DNA of 64,000 nt from Hadesarchaea archaeon (GTDB lineage: Archaea > Hadarchaeota > Hadarchaeia > Hadarchaeales > WYZ-LMO6), in NCBI GenBank assembly GCA_029259185.1, contig JAPDJF010000003.1:32001-96000 (forward strand). Direction: 5' to 3'. Under the pieces are notes generated by a model. That model searched no databases, was not told the DNA's origin, and worked only from the letters and a program-made list of their open reading frames with translations. The translations under genes and the position numbers were made by a program. Positions 20,144-29,725 of the stretch are shown piece after piece (position 1 is the stretch's first letter; each line of letters begins with the position of its first letter).

Positions 20144-20647
20144 ATGGAAGGATTTGGAAAAATAGCAGGTGTGGGGCTGGCGTCTATCTTCGGTATAGTG
20201 GTGATGACTTCGATGGCGGGAGTGAGCCTAGGAATGCCAGTGAGTGACTTCCAATTCAGTGCCGATGGGATCCAGGGACGAGGATTAAACCTCTATGCTG
20301 GGACTATATCTGAAAATTCTGGAGAGCTGGGAAAGATTTTCATAGAGCTGGATGGTGCCGATATAGCGGAGATGTGTATATCCAAGGAGATGTCTATTGG
20401 AGGACTCACCGTGAGAGCTATTGTTAAGGGATCTAGCGCTGAAGCGATGAGTGTGCTGATGAAGTGCGAAAACTTCATGGCGACCACGATGGCGGCGGAG
20501 AACTTGGGAATGGGTCCCTCCGGGGACAAAGAGTTCGCTACTACTGCCGACGTTCTCAACGTTAAAAATGTCAGGGCTTGGGTGAGTCATATGAACGTGG
20601 GCTCCATCGACTTAAACGATCTCGTGATAAAGCTCGAAATAGTGTAG
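20144..20647 (+). CDS. DUF6230-like secreted/anchored protein
   Basis: TM/signal then FQFSADGIQGRGLNLY...ADIAEMCISK; adjacent to DUF6114-like gene. Confidence 0.6.
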   Translation: MEGFGKIAGVGLASIFGIVVMTSMAGVSLGMPVSDFQFSADGIQGRGLNLYAGTISENSGELGKIFIELDGADIAEMCISKEMSIGGLTVRAIVKGSSAEAMSVLMKCENFMATTMAAENLGMGPSGDKEFATTADVLNVKNVRAWVSHMNVGSIDLNDLVIKLEIV

Positions 20648-20687
20648 CCGTAAGACGCCAGCCTCTTTTAATTTTTGGGGGACCTGC

Positions 20688-21212
20688 ATGCGATTTCATC
20701 AAGGTTTCAAGTTAGCCTTCCTCGTTTTCCTGAGTTTATTTGCTCTCATCATCTTTCCCGTTCCCTTGCTTGGGGGAAGCGAGCCCACTTTCCAAATCTG
20801 GGCAAACTCTTCTTCCACCGATCAAATAAATATCGTGGGGGATGTCAACGAAAACATCACTTTGGTCACCACCCTATCGATACATCTTGAAGGGGTGACG
20901 ATACTAATCGATAACGTGTGCTTGTGCTTGGACGACGTGGATCTCGAAAATTTTTACATGTGTGTGGAGTATCTGGAAACCGATATCGAGATCTTCGGTG
21001 TGATCCCGCTCGCCCATCTCGTCATAAACGGGTCCCATGTTGATGAGGGGATACCACTCCTCGGGGCGATATTGGGTCTTCAAACGTGCCATACGGCCGA
21101 TGCCCATCTTGGTCCACCCTTGACTTCCCTCATCCGGATGAATAACATGTATGTCGTGGCCAGAGAGCTGAGTTGTAAGCTGGAGGCCGAAAACGTGGTC
21201 ATACGGGTGTGA
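20688..21212 (+). CDS. Secreted beta-rich hypothetical protein
   Basis: Signal peptide-like N-terminus and beta-strand pattern. Confidence 0.55.
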   Translation: MRFHQGFKLAFLVFLSLFALIIFPVPLLGGSEPTFQIWANSSSTDQINIVGDVNENITLVTTLSIHLEGVTILIDNVCLCLDDVDLENFYMCVEYLETDIEIFGVIPLAHLVINGSHVDEGIPLLGAILGLQTCHTADAHLGPPLTSLIRMNNMYVVARELSCKLEAENVVIRV

Positions 21213-21286
21213 AACGTACTCTCAAGTGCTCGACCTAGGTCCGGAAGGGATATCTACCCCTTGCACCTAGTTTTTTTTGGATAAGG

Positions 21287-21661
21287 GTGTACAGGTGGAG
21301 ACACTTCAGACACGGGCCCGGGAGGCCCATGAAACCCAGATTCATAGGGTTAAAACCATGTCTCTTCACGTTTATTCCTTCCTCATGTGAAGAATTTCCC
21401 CCTGGAACTCCGGATCCAATTTATATGGCATACGATGAGTATGAGGCATTTCGGCTAGTGTACCATGAGGGGTTGAATCAAGAGGAGGCTGCCAAGCGGA
21501 TGAGAATTTCGCGGGGGACGCTGTGGCGCTGTCTTGAGAGTGCGAGGAACAAAATAGCGCGTATGCTAGTGGAACACCGCCCCCTTGTGGTCACCCCCGC
21601 ACCCCATCCGACTCCGGGAGCCACCTCGACTGGGAGTTCCCCTCCGCTCATCCATCGTTAG
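21287..21661 (+). CDS. DUF134 family HTH DNA-binding protein
   Basis: GRPMKPR, DEYEAFRLVYHEGLNQEEAAKRMRISRGTLWR. Confidence 0.9.
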   Translation: MYRWRHFRHGPGRPMKPRFIGLKPCLFTFIPSSCEEFPPGTPDPIYMAYDEYEAFRLVYHEGLNQEEAAKRMRISRGTLWRCLESARNKIARMLVEHRPLVVTPAPHPTPGATSTGSSPPLIHR

Positions 21662-22695
21662 AAATACTTGTCTATATTCTCTAACGCTTTTGTGACCAAG
21701 GAGCTTGCTGAAGTCATGTCATGCATGTCCAGCATCTCTACTGAGGAGTGGATGTATCTGGTGGGAATACCTACTACTCCTGTGGGAATGCCGGCCCGTG
21801 TTAGGGATATGGCGGTCGCATCAGTAGTTCCACCCTTAGCCACGTCCAACTGGTATGGGATTTTGTGCGCTTCCGCTGTTTCGGTCAGCCACTTCAGTAC
21901 GTTTCTGGAGACGATGATCCCCCTTCCACTCGCATCCACCACCGTTATGGATGGTCCCTTCCCTAGCTCCAGAGACGAGTCTTTCTTCTCTATTCCTAAG
22001 TGATCACCAGGTATTGAGACATCCAAGGCTATAGCCACGGATGGCTGAAGCCCAAAAGCGGAGGTTTTAGCTCCTTTCAGTCCAACCTCCTCCTGCACAG
22101 TCCCTACCGCATACACGGTGGCACTCGTTTTTGTCTTCTTCACAGCGTCTATCATTATAGCTAGTCCCGCCCTATTGTCGAACCCTTTTCCCGTCACCCT
22201 ATTGTTTATGAGGAATCTGACCGTTCTATCCAAAGTCGCCACGCTACCGATCGTTACCCCAGCTTTTTTTACCTCTTCCTCGCTTCGAGCTCCCACATCT
22301 ATGAACATGTCGTCTGCTTTGATGGGTTTCTTCTTCTCCTCTTCCTCTAACAAGTGGGGCGGCTTTGACCCTATCACTCCGTACACCTCTCCTCTCTCGG
22401 TTTTGAACACAACTCTTTCGTTCAGGAGAGTTTGTTCGAACCATCCCCCTATGGGAACGAAACGTATGAACCCCCGTTCGTCTATGTATTTGACCATCAA
22501 CCCGATTTCATCCATGTGAGCCGCAAGCATGCAAGAGGTAGACGAACCATTTTTGATTGCTATCAAGTTTCCCATCGTGTCGATCTTTATCTCATCCACA
22601 TGACCTTCCAACTCCTCCTTGAGGATCTCTCTTATCTCATCCTCACGACCCGAAACACCGTGGGCATTGGACAGCTTCTCCAGAAGTTCTTTCAT
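21658..22695 (-). CDS. M42 family aminopeptidase (TET-like)
   Basis: AAHMDEIG, FDNRAG, VQEEVGLKGA, GGTTDA, RYIHS. Confidence 0.95.
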   Translation of the reverse strand: MKELLEKLSNAHGVSGREDEIREILKEELEGHVDEIKIDTMGNLIAIKNGSSTSCMLAAHMDEIGLMVKYIDERGFIRFVPIGGWFEQTLLNERVVFKTERGEVYGVIGSKPPHLLEEEEKKKPIKADDMFIDVGARSEEEVKKAGVTIGSVATLDRTVRFLINNRVTGKGFDNRAGLAIMIDAVKKTKTSATVYAVGTVQEEVGLKGAKTSAFGLQPSVAIALDVSIPGDHLGIEKKDSSLELGKGPSITVVDASGRGIIVSRNVLKWLTETAEAHKIPYQLDVAKGGTTDATAISLTRAGIPTGVVGIPTRYIHSSVEMLDMHDMTSASSLVTKALENIDKYF

Positions 22696-22853
22696 CTCGG
22701 ACACCCAAACCTCTCTCACTTTAATTCAAAAAACTTTTCCCATGTCGAAACGAGGACTCGGCAGAAAATTTCATCCCGTGAGCACAGTTGCAGGAGGTTC
22801 GGTCCCTCGTGTGTGCCACCCCGGCCGTTTTATCGGTACCTCAGTACTGGTCG

Positions 22854-23179
22854 GTGAACTACCCCGCCCTAAAGGACGGGGCTTCTGCGCTCGCTGGCCA
22901 ACGGGTAACTTCAGGGTCTTCATCGCTTGGGCCATTTGACTTCACCTTTTCGATCCTTTTCCACAAGCTTGAGCATGTACTCGCTCGTGTCCTTAAACTT
23001 CAGAACCTTCGCCCGGTACTGTGCCCAAGCCCACAGCTCCTCGTCACTCTCGTCATGGAGCACCAAGGATGTGTGTTTTGCCATACTTGCCAAACGTATA
23101 TACGTGGCTAGGTTTTATATCTTTTTGGGGTAATCGGCCCCATCCCCTCCCTTGCGGAGGGGTCTTCTCGCGGAGGCAG
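22854..23179 (-). mobile_element. IS200/IS605 deletion derivative B carrying a small RHH-like gene
   Basis: TTTAT|CTGCCTCCGCGAGAAGACCCC left end; GAAGCCCCGTCCTTTAGGGCGGGGTAGTTCAC right end. Confidence 0.85.
22920..23084 (-). CDS. 54-aa ribbon-helix-helix-like protein inside element B
   Basis: MAKHTSLVLHDESDEELWAWAQYRAKVLKFKDTSEYMLKLVEKDRKGEVKWPKR; AAAAAGATATAAAA promoter upstream. Confidence 0.7.
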   Translation of the reverse strand: MAKHTSLVLHDESDEELWAWAQYRAKVLKFKDTSEYMLKLVEKDRKGEVKWPKR

Positions 23180-23304
23180 ATAAATTCTCGTCTTTGATCT
23201 TCGAGCTGACTTTCGTCATCCGTTATCTTGGACTCGGTGAGAGACTTGGTTTTTTTTCAAAAAATGTCTAGCGGTAGAATTAAACGGTAATTTGTCCGAG
23301 TCAG

Positions 23305-24003
23305 GTGATGGGGGCGGATTTCGATCGAATAGCATCTAGTTACGACAAGTGGTATGACACCCCTCTTGGCAAATATGCTCATGAGCTGGAGAAGGAATTG
23401 ATCCTCCAGTTCGCCGCTCCGAAGAAAGGTGAAAGGATACTTGATGTGGGGTGTGGAACCGGGATATATGCCATAGAACTAGCGAAAATGGGATTAGATG
23501 TAACGTGTTATGACCGTTCCAGAAACATGCTTCGAGTTTCTTGGAACAAAGCACAGGAGAGGAGAATCCATATGAATTTCGTGTTGGGGACAGCCGAAAA
23601 GCTTCCTTTTAGAGACAGGAGCTTTGATCTCATCATCTCGATAACAACTTTAGAGTTCATAGAACACCCAGCACTCGTAGTAAATGAGATGAAACGGGTT
23701 CTCCGGAGGAGCGGGAGAATAGTCCTTGGAGTCCTTAACAGCTGGAGTTCTTGGGCTATCGAGAGGAAACTCAAATCCTTGGTGCGAGAGTCCGTCTTCA
23801 AGTATGCCAGATTCTATAACCCTTTGGAGCTGACAACGATGTTACGACCTATGAAGGTAGAGTGGGATTCGACTCTCCTCCTCCCACCCGAGACTCCAGA
23901 GTTCGTTTTGAATGGGGGTAAAAAGATAGAAAAGTTCTTGGTGAAGATACTCAAACCCTTTGGGGCGTTCATATGTTTAAAAGCGACATGGAGGGGGAGA
24001 TGA
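23305..24003 (+). CDS. Class I SAM-dependent methyltransferase
   Basis: ILDVGCGTG, LPFRDRSFD. Confidence 0.9.
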   Translation: MMGADFDRIASSYDKWYDTPLGKYAHELEKELILQFAAPKKGERILDVGCGTGIYAIELAKMGLDVTCYDRSRNMLRVSWNKAQERRIHMNFVLGTAEKLPFRDRSFDLIISITTLEFIEHPALVVNEMKRVLRRSGRIVLGVLNSWSSWAIERKLKSLVRESVFKYARFYNPLELTTMLRPMKVEWDSTLLLPPETPEFVLNGGKKIEKFLVKILKPFGAFICLKATWRGR

Positions 24004-24791
24004 TGGAGATAATCTATGGTCCGGTTTCCTCTTGGAGACTTGGTAGGTCACTTGGGATTGACCTGATATGCAAAGAGGAAGGGAAAGTATGCAGCTTCGA
24101 TTGTATATATTGCTCGCTCGGAAGAACCACCGAGAAAACCCTTGAGAGAAAGCTCTACGTTCCCACCGATCTAATGGAGGAGGATTTACGAAAAACGTTG
24201 AAGGAAGTTGATGCTGATATCATCACTTTTTCGGGAACGGGTGAGCCGACCCTAGCTCTCAATTTGGGGGAAGCCATAATGGCCGTGCGGAAGATAACCG
24301 ATCTCCCGGTTGCGGTGTTAACCAATTCTACGCTGATGGTTAGAGAGGATGTGAGGAGGGAGTTGGCCAAAGCGGACGTGATTAAGGGAAAGCTAGATGC
24401 TCCGAATGGAGAAGTGCTCGAAGCGGTGAACCGCCCCCACCAAGGTGTTGGGTTCGAGGAGCTCGTGAAGGGGATGAAGCTTTTTCGGAAAGGTTACAGA
24501 GGAAAGTTCTCTATCGAAGTGATGTTCGTGCCTCAGAACGTAAGGTATGCTGGGAGGATAGCGGAAGTGATTAAGGAAATCGGACCAGACGAAGTGCAGA
24601 TCAATACACCTACCCGACCGAGCCCCGTTGGTCCCCTCACACCAAAACAGATCGAGGAAATCGAAGAGAACTTCAAGACAATGAATTTCATATCGGTTTA
24701 TAGGGCTGAGAGGGTGAGAATCGAGAAGATCGTTGGGGGGAAAAAAGTGGGGAGGTTAAAGCGTCGAGAGGGTGGAGGCTCCCGAAGTTAA
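24000..24791 (+). CDS. Radical SAM protein
   Basis: YGPVSSWRLGRSLGID, CSFDCIYC, GTGEPTL. Confidence 0.9.
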   Translation: MMEIIYGPVSSWRLGRSLGIDLICKEEGKVCSFDCIYCSLGRTTEKTLERKLYVPTDLMEEDLRKTLKEVDADIITFSGTGEPTLALNLGEAIMAVRKITDLPVAVLTNSTLMVREDVRRELAKADVIKGKLDAPNGEVLEAVNRPHQGVGFEELVKGMKLFRKGYRGKFSIEVMFVPQNVRYAGRIAEVIKEIGPDEVQINTPTRPSPVGPLTPKQIEEIEENFKTMNFISVYRAERVRIEKIVGGKKVGRLKRREGGGSRS

Positions 24792-24824
24792 ATTTTTCAA
24801 TGGAATCTCCAGAGTTATACAGAA

Positions 24825-25577
24825 ATGAAAATCGTTTACGGTGAGAAATATCGTACCGTCTACTCTTCTGATCCAGCGGCTGCGCCTGGCAGGATGGAAT
24901 CAATCTTGGACGAACTCGGCGGGGCCTTTGATTTCGTGGAACCAGAACCCGCAAGCGAGGAAGACATTTGCTTGGTCCATACCCGTTCCCACTTGGATCG
25001 GATCAAGAAGAAACCCGTGATTTACGAGGTAGCGCTGTTATCGGCGGGAGGTGCGATAAAGGCATCCGAGATAGCTATGGAAGAGGGCCCCGCGTTTGGA
25101 CTTATAAGACCTCCAGGACATCACGCGAACCCTGATAACTGTTGGGGATTTTGTTATTTCAACAACATCGCTGTTTCGGTTGAGAAGCTGAGAAAAAGTG
25201 GAAAAATAAAGAGCGCGGTGATCGTGGATTTTGATCTCCACTATGGTGATGGTACCGCGAATATTTTCGCACACGTGGATGAGGTCGTCTACCACCACCT
25301 AGGGGGGAGAGACAGAATCGCCATCTTGGAAGATCTGGAGTCATTCCTTTCCAGCCTCCGTACGTGCGATGTTATATGCGTTTCTGCAGGATTCGACAAC
25401 CATGAGGAGGACTGGGGTGGCGCGCTGAAGACCCAAGATTACAACGAAATCGGAAAGATCATTAAAGAGCGAGCCGATGCCTTGTGTGGTGGAAAGAGAT
25501 ACGGAGTTCTAGAGGGGGGGTATAATCATGTGGTGCTCGGTAAGAATGTTCGGGCATTTCTTGCTGGATTTGGATGA
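24825..25577 (+). CDS. Histone deacetylase family protein
   Basis: RPPGHHA, GFCYFNN, DFDLHYGDGT, SAGFD, LEGGY. Confidence 0.93.
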   Translation: MKIVYGEKYRTVYSSDPAAAPGRMESILDELGGAFDFVEPEPASEEDICLVHTRSHLDRIKKKPVIYEVALLSAGGAIKASEIAMEEGPAFGLIRPPGHHANPDNCWGFCYFNNIAVSVEKLRKSGKIKSAVIVDFDLHYGDGTANIFAHVDEVVYHHLGGRDRIAILEDLESFLSSLRTCDVICVSAGFDNHEEDWGGALKTQDYNEIGKIIKERADALCGGKRYGVLEGGYNHVVLGKNVRAFLAGFG

Positions 25578-25592
25578 ATGTGGGGGGAAGGG

Positions 25593-26708
25593 ATGCTTGA
25601 GTTGGAAATGCTTAAAAAAATCTCGTATGAAATCGGGCCTATAAGACCACCCTCGGAAGGGAGGCACTCGTTACTCTTGAGGCTCACGAGGAACTGTCCT
25701 TGGGGTCTCTGTAAGTTCTGCTACGGTAAGCCCTACAACCGAGAGAGGTTCAAGATCCGAGGGATACAGGAGATCGAGAGGGAGATCGAGAATGTGAAAA
25801 CCTTGAAGGATGGGATAGAGACCATCTCCAAGAAGCTAGGTGGTATGGAGTGGACAGCGTTGGCTCTAAGCAGTTACTCCCTTTATGGGAAAGAAGTTTC
25901 TGAGCTGAATCTAGGCGAGTTCTTGAATTTTCAGTGCATAATGAATGTATTTAGTTGGATCAGGGATGGCGCTAGGACCGTGTTCCTCCAAGATGCGGAT
26001 AACTTGATGATGCGAACAGACGACTTGGTAGAGATTTTGAGGTTTTTCAAGAGAACTCTTGGAGCTCCGGAGCGAGTGACTTCGTACGCTAGGGGTAGAA
26101 CTGTTTTCAAGAAACCTATGAGTGAATTGAAAGAGATCAAAAAGGCTGGGCTCTCAAGACTTCACGTGGGGTTAGAAAGTGGGGATGAGCTAGTCCTGAA
26201 GTATATGAACAAAGGGATGACGCCCCAAGAACTCATCGTGGGTGGGAAGAAAGCTATAGAGGCTGGGTTCGAGCTCTCCCTTTACGTCATTTTGGGACTG
26301 GGTGGGAAATCGATGTGGAGGCGACACGCGGAAAACACGGCGAAAGTGTTGAACGAGATAAACCCTGATTTCGTAAGGGTTCGCCGACTGGTTCCACTGA
26401 AAGACACTCCTCTTTTCGAAGAATGGAAGAGGGGAGAATTCATCCTGCTGTCACCTCACGAGGAGCTGAAAGAAATAGCAACTCTTATCAAAGGGTTGGA
26501 ATTTGAGGGAAAGGTATGCTTTGATCACTTTGCTAACCCATTTTATCACACGGGAGCGGGTTTTAGGTGGGTCTTCAAACAAGACAGTGAGGGGTACCAA
26601 TTTCCTCAAGAAAAAGAAGAAGTTCTAAGGAGGATAGAGAAAGCGCTGGAGATAGATGAATCTAACTTCATCGCGGCGGGGGATCTTTCCACGCTGGAAA
26701 CTTTGTGA
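25593..26708 (+). CDS. Radical SAM protein
   Basis: IRPPSE, CPWGLCKFC, GLESG. Confidence 0.88.
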   Translation: MLELEMLKKISYEIGPIRPPSEGRHSLLLRLTRNCPWGLCKFCYGKPYNRERFKIRGIQEIEREIENVKTLKDGIETISKKLGGMEWTALALSSYSLYGKEVSELNLGEFLNFQCIMNVFSWIRDGARTVFLQDADNLMMRTDDLVEILRFFKRTLGAPERVTSYARGRTVFKKPMSELKEIKKAGLSRLHVGLESGDELVLKYMNKGMTPQELIVGGKKAIEAGFELSLYVILGLGGKSMWRRHAENTAKVLNEINPDFVRVRRLVPLKDTPLFEEWKRGEFILLSPHEELKEIATLIKGLEFEGKVCFDHFANPFYHTGAGFRWVFKQDSEGYQFPQEKEEVLRRIEKALEIDESNFIAAGDLSTLETL

Positions 26709-26714
26709 TTTGGA

Positions 26715-26894
26715 TCATTCCGGAAAACTTATGGCACCCGCAGTACATACTGCTTCACATGCTCTGCAGTCTACACACTCGTCGGGCTTAACGACCTCAC
26801 ATTTTTCATCCTTGACTTCTAGCACTTCGACAGGACAGGCGTTTACACACTCCCCGCAACCGGTGCACTTCTCTCTATCTATTACGGGTGGCAT
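26715..26894 (-). CDS. 2[4Fe-4S] ferredoxin (59 aa, absent from ORF track)
   Basis: MPPVIDREKCTGCGECVNACP...ECVDCRACEAVC; TTTAAATA upstream. Confidence 0.95.
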   Translation of the reverse strand: MPPVIDREKCTGCGECVNACPVEVLEVKDEKCEVVKPDECVDCRACEAVCTAGAISFPE

Positions 26895-27028
26895 TTTATT
26901 TGATGGATTCTAGTTATATTTAAATTTTTAGTTATGGGGCGATTCGTTGGAGGTTCGAGCGAAGTGCAGTGCGAGATCGCGGAAGGGATTAGACCACCGT
27001 TTCGGCTTGGATCGTTTGGGGGAGGGTT

Positions 27029-27673
27029 CTACAAAAAGTACTCCTTTATGAATTCAAAATTTCTTTTAGTCTTTTCCGCCCCTTTGACCACGCCACCGTG
27101 GCCTGGGAGCAGGTAGTGAATATCCAACTCGGAAACCCTTCTTATGGAGTCCTTCAATTTCTCCAGATCACCGCCTGGAAAGTCTGTGCGACCCACACCA
27201 CCCTCGAACAGGAGATCCCCGCACATCAGTAACTTCAGTTCCTCACAGTAAAAGCTCACACTCCCGGGTGTGTGACCGGGAGTGTGAATCACCACGAATT
27301 TCATTTTTCCCCCCAGTTTGTCCTCCAAAAAAATATCAACATCGAACTTCGGCATCTCCATTCCGAAGTACCCAGCGAACTCCATACTGAATGAGAGGTG
27401 TTCTAATTCCTCACGGTGCATCGCTATCTTAGCCCCTGAGAGGGTCTGAAGTGCACGGTTGGCCCCGCAGTGATCGGGGTGGCTGTGGGTGTTCGCTATT
27501 AGGTCTATTTCTCTGATATCGAAACCATCGTTTTCCATCTCCGATAAGCGCTGACTCAAATATCTTGGATTTCCGGGATCGATGAGCACGCAAGGATTGT
27601 TGTCTATCAAGTAGGTGTTGCAGTCACCGATAGCTTTCTCGGGATACCAATAGACATTTTTGACCAGTTTCAT
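27029..27673 (-). CDS. MBL-fold metallo-hydrolase
   Basis: THSHPDHCG, HTPGHTPG, GRTDFPGG, PGHG. Confidence 0.93.
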   Translation of the reverse strand: MKLVKNVYWYPEKAIGDCNTYLIDNNPCVLIDPGNPRYLSQRLSEMENDGFDIREIDLIANTHSHPDHCGANRALQTLSGAKIAMHREELEHLSFSMEFAGYFGMEMPKFDVDIFLEDKLGGKMKFVVIHTPGHTPGSVSFYCEELKLLMCGDLLFEGGVGRTDFPGGDLEKLKDSIRRVSELDIHYLLPGHGGVVKGAEKTKRNFEFIKEYFL

Positions 27674-27730
27674 CTCGACCACCGCGAGGAGACCCCGTCC
27701 GAAAGGGCTGGGAGATTTTTAGGTGAAAAT
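27674..27730 (+). mobile_element. IS200/IS605-type left end C (right boundary unresolved)
   Basis: TTCAT|CTCGACCACCGCGAGGAGACCCCG, identical to the start of element D at 29726. Confidence 0.75.
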
Positions 27731-27868
27731 GCGCGTGCGATCTTTGAAGACAGTCCAGCAGGGAGAAACGGCTTGGATGTGGGCCGGATACCCGAAAACC
27801 CGAATAAGCTTGTACAGAAATTCTTTCTGGCTCCGCGGATAGCTTTGCAGGAGCCATGAGTTCCTCCG

Positions 27869-28448
27869 CTACCTGACACTCTCTACCACCATTCTCGCTT
27901 TGTTTGAACACATACCGTAGAGCCTGCTAGAGAAGCTGGCGACGACGGAGGGGAGATCTCCGACTAACTCCTCGTGGGGAGTTCGTTCTTCTCGTTCATT
28001 TACCACTTCTATTCGAGCGCCGAGATCCTCAGCGTGATTTTTCAAATACTCAAAGCCAAAGCGGGTGAGGCGATCTTTCCACGCAACGATCACGGTATCG
28101 GCCTCGCCAGCCCTAAGCATCTCGAACACTTTTTTCAACCCCCGTCGGTTCTCGAAAGTCGCAACCACTCGTATCGCTTGCCCCTCGCGTATTCCTGAAG
28201 CATTCGTTTTTGACGTTTCAAATCTTCTTTCTGATCTACTGAGGAAACCCGTGCGTAGGCGATAGCCCGATTTTTTGGGACTCGTTGACCGAGCAACCGT
28301 TTGATTCCGCTCTCTGGGATACGATACCTTTTGGCCGCAGCCTGATGGCCTTGACCCTGCCCGCGTAAATCCAGCGCTTTATGGTGATGAACGAAATCTC
28401 CAAGAGCTTGGCCGCTTGCCCCGGTGGGCAGAGTTTTTCCCCTCGCAT
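27869..28448 (-). pseudogene. tnpA: IS607-family TnpA serine recombinase, frameshifted
   Basis: MerR-like HTH (AAKLLEISFITIKRWIYAG) and VAWKDRLTRFGFEYL..EELVGDL..SFSSRLYG in separate frames. Confidence 0.88.
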
Positions 28449-28508
28449 GTTCACCTGGGATATAAAAGGATATTTTAGGTAGCAGTTACATCACCTTCGA
28501 CAAAGCTT

Positions 28509-28928
28509 TTAGGGGGACGTTATGATTTTAGCTTTTCTTAGTACTTGGGAGGTCGTTTCTGTAATAATTTTTTCATTCAACTCACTCGGTGAGAACCACC
28601 TGACGTCTGAAACATCTTTCCCTCTTCTGAGCTCACCACCCATGGGTTCTCCCTCAAAGCACACTACGACGTAGTGATATCTGAGATCCCCCTTCCCATC
28701 TCTCCCAATCACGTCATACACACCAAACAAATCAAGCAATTTTATCTTCAGTCCCGTTTCCTCCTCCACTTCTCGGATTGCTGTGTCTCTAATACCCTCT
28801 CCTGGCTCCACTAATCCTCCAGGGAGTGCCCACAACCCTTTTCCCGGATCAGATACTCTCTTAATGAGCACTACCCTGTTTTTCCCGTCACGGATCAATG
28901 CGGAGGCTCCCACGAGTGGGCCGATCAT
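28509..28928 (-). CDS. Nudix hydrolase
   Basis: GLVEPGEGIRDTAIREVEEETGL Nudix box. Confidence 0.94.
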   Translation of the reverse strand: MIGPLVGASALIRDGKNRVVLIKRVSDPGKGLWALPGGLVEPGEGIRDTAIREVEEETGLKIKLLDLFGVYDVIGRDGKGDLRYHYVVVCFEGEPMGGELRRGKDVSDVRWFSPSELNEKIITETTSQVLRKAKIITSP

Positions 28929-28930
28929 CT

Positions 28931-29725
28931 CTATCCACTTGAAGCCGCTCTCTCCACCACTTCACTTAGCTCTGTCATTTTCTCTAGAATTCTCTCACCC
29001 CCCTCCGCATCGAATACAGAGACTCCCTTGAGTTCAGCTCTAGCCACACTTTCTTCGTATGGGATAGAGTATATGGGAGGAACCCCAATTTTTTGGAGCT
29101 TCGTTGAAATGAATTCATTTTCTCTATCACGATATTTGTTTATTACCCCGAATATCTTGGTTATCCCTAGATCCTCTCCAAGCTTTTTTATCCGTCCAGC
29201 TGTTTCGATGGACCTCAGGCTCGGTTCCACCACTGTCAGGAGGATCTCCACTTTTCTCGTCGTTCCCCTTCCAAGATGTTCCACTCCAGCTTCCATGTCT
29301 AGGAGTAAAACATCAGCGACGCCTGAGAGGTGATCCACGAGTCTCCTCGCCAAGGCATTAGCTGGACAGAAACAACCCTGTCCCCCCCTTCTGATTCTTC
29401 CAACGATAAGGAGTTTAACGCCATCCTTGCATTGGACTCCGAACTTATCTAATAAATCATCGACTTTCGGATTTAATTTGAAGATCAGTCCATATCCTTC
29501 AGGTGGTGCTCCGGTTCTCTCTTCGATGAGGGAGTCTCTCTCCATCAAAGGGATCAGTTTTCTTTCCGGAACTTCCCCACCAACTCCTAAGGCCGTGATG
29601 AGATTCGGGGAAGGATCGACATCCAGTGCAATGACTTTTTTCCCCCTTCTAGCGTAGGCTCTGGATAGTCCTGCGGCGATCGTTGTCTTTCCAACACCAC
29701 CTTTTCCCGTTATGGCGATCTTCAT
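28931..29725 (-). CDS. cooC: CooC-type Ni-insertion ATPase
   Basis: GKGGVGKT, GCFCP, DMEAGVEHLGRG. Confidence 0.92.
   Translation of the reverse strand: MKIAITGKGGVGKTTIAAGLSRAYARRGKKVIALDVDPSPNLITALGVGGEVPERKLIPLMERDSLIEERTGAPPEGYGLIFKLNPKVDDLLDKFGVQCKDGVKLLIVGRIRRGGQGCFCPANALARRLVDHLSGVADVLLLDMEAGVEHLGRGTTRKVEILLTVVEPSLRSIETAGRIKKLGEDLGITKIFGVINKYRDRENEFISTKLQKIGVPPIYSIPYEESVARAELKGVSVFDAEGGERILEKMTELSEVVERAASSG

Noticed and set aside
20116-20164. Alternative upstream ATG implying a frameshift into the DUF6230-like gene
   Set aside because: ATG 20144 has its own GGAGG; no slippery site evident
22740-22853. Possible hammerhead ribozyme (CTGA..GAAAC-like words)
   Set aside because: CUGANGA core and stems not satisfied
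26934-27028. GGTTCGA as a tRNA fragment
   Set aside because: No T-stem or acceptor pairing
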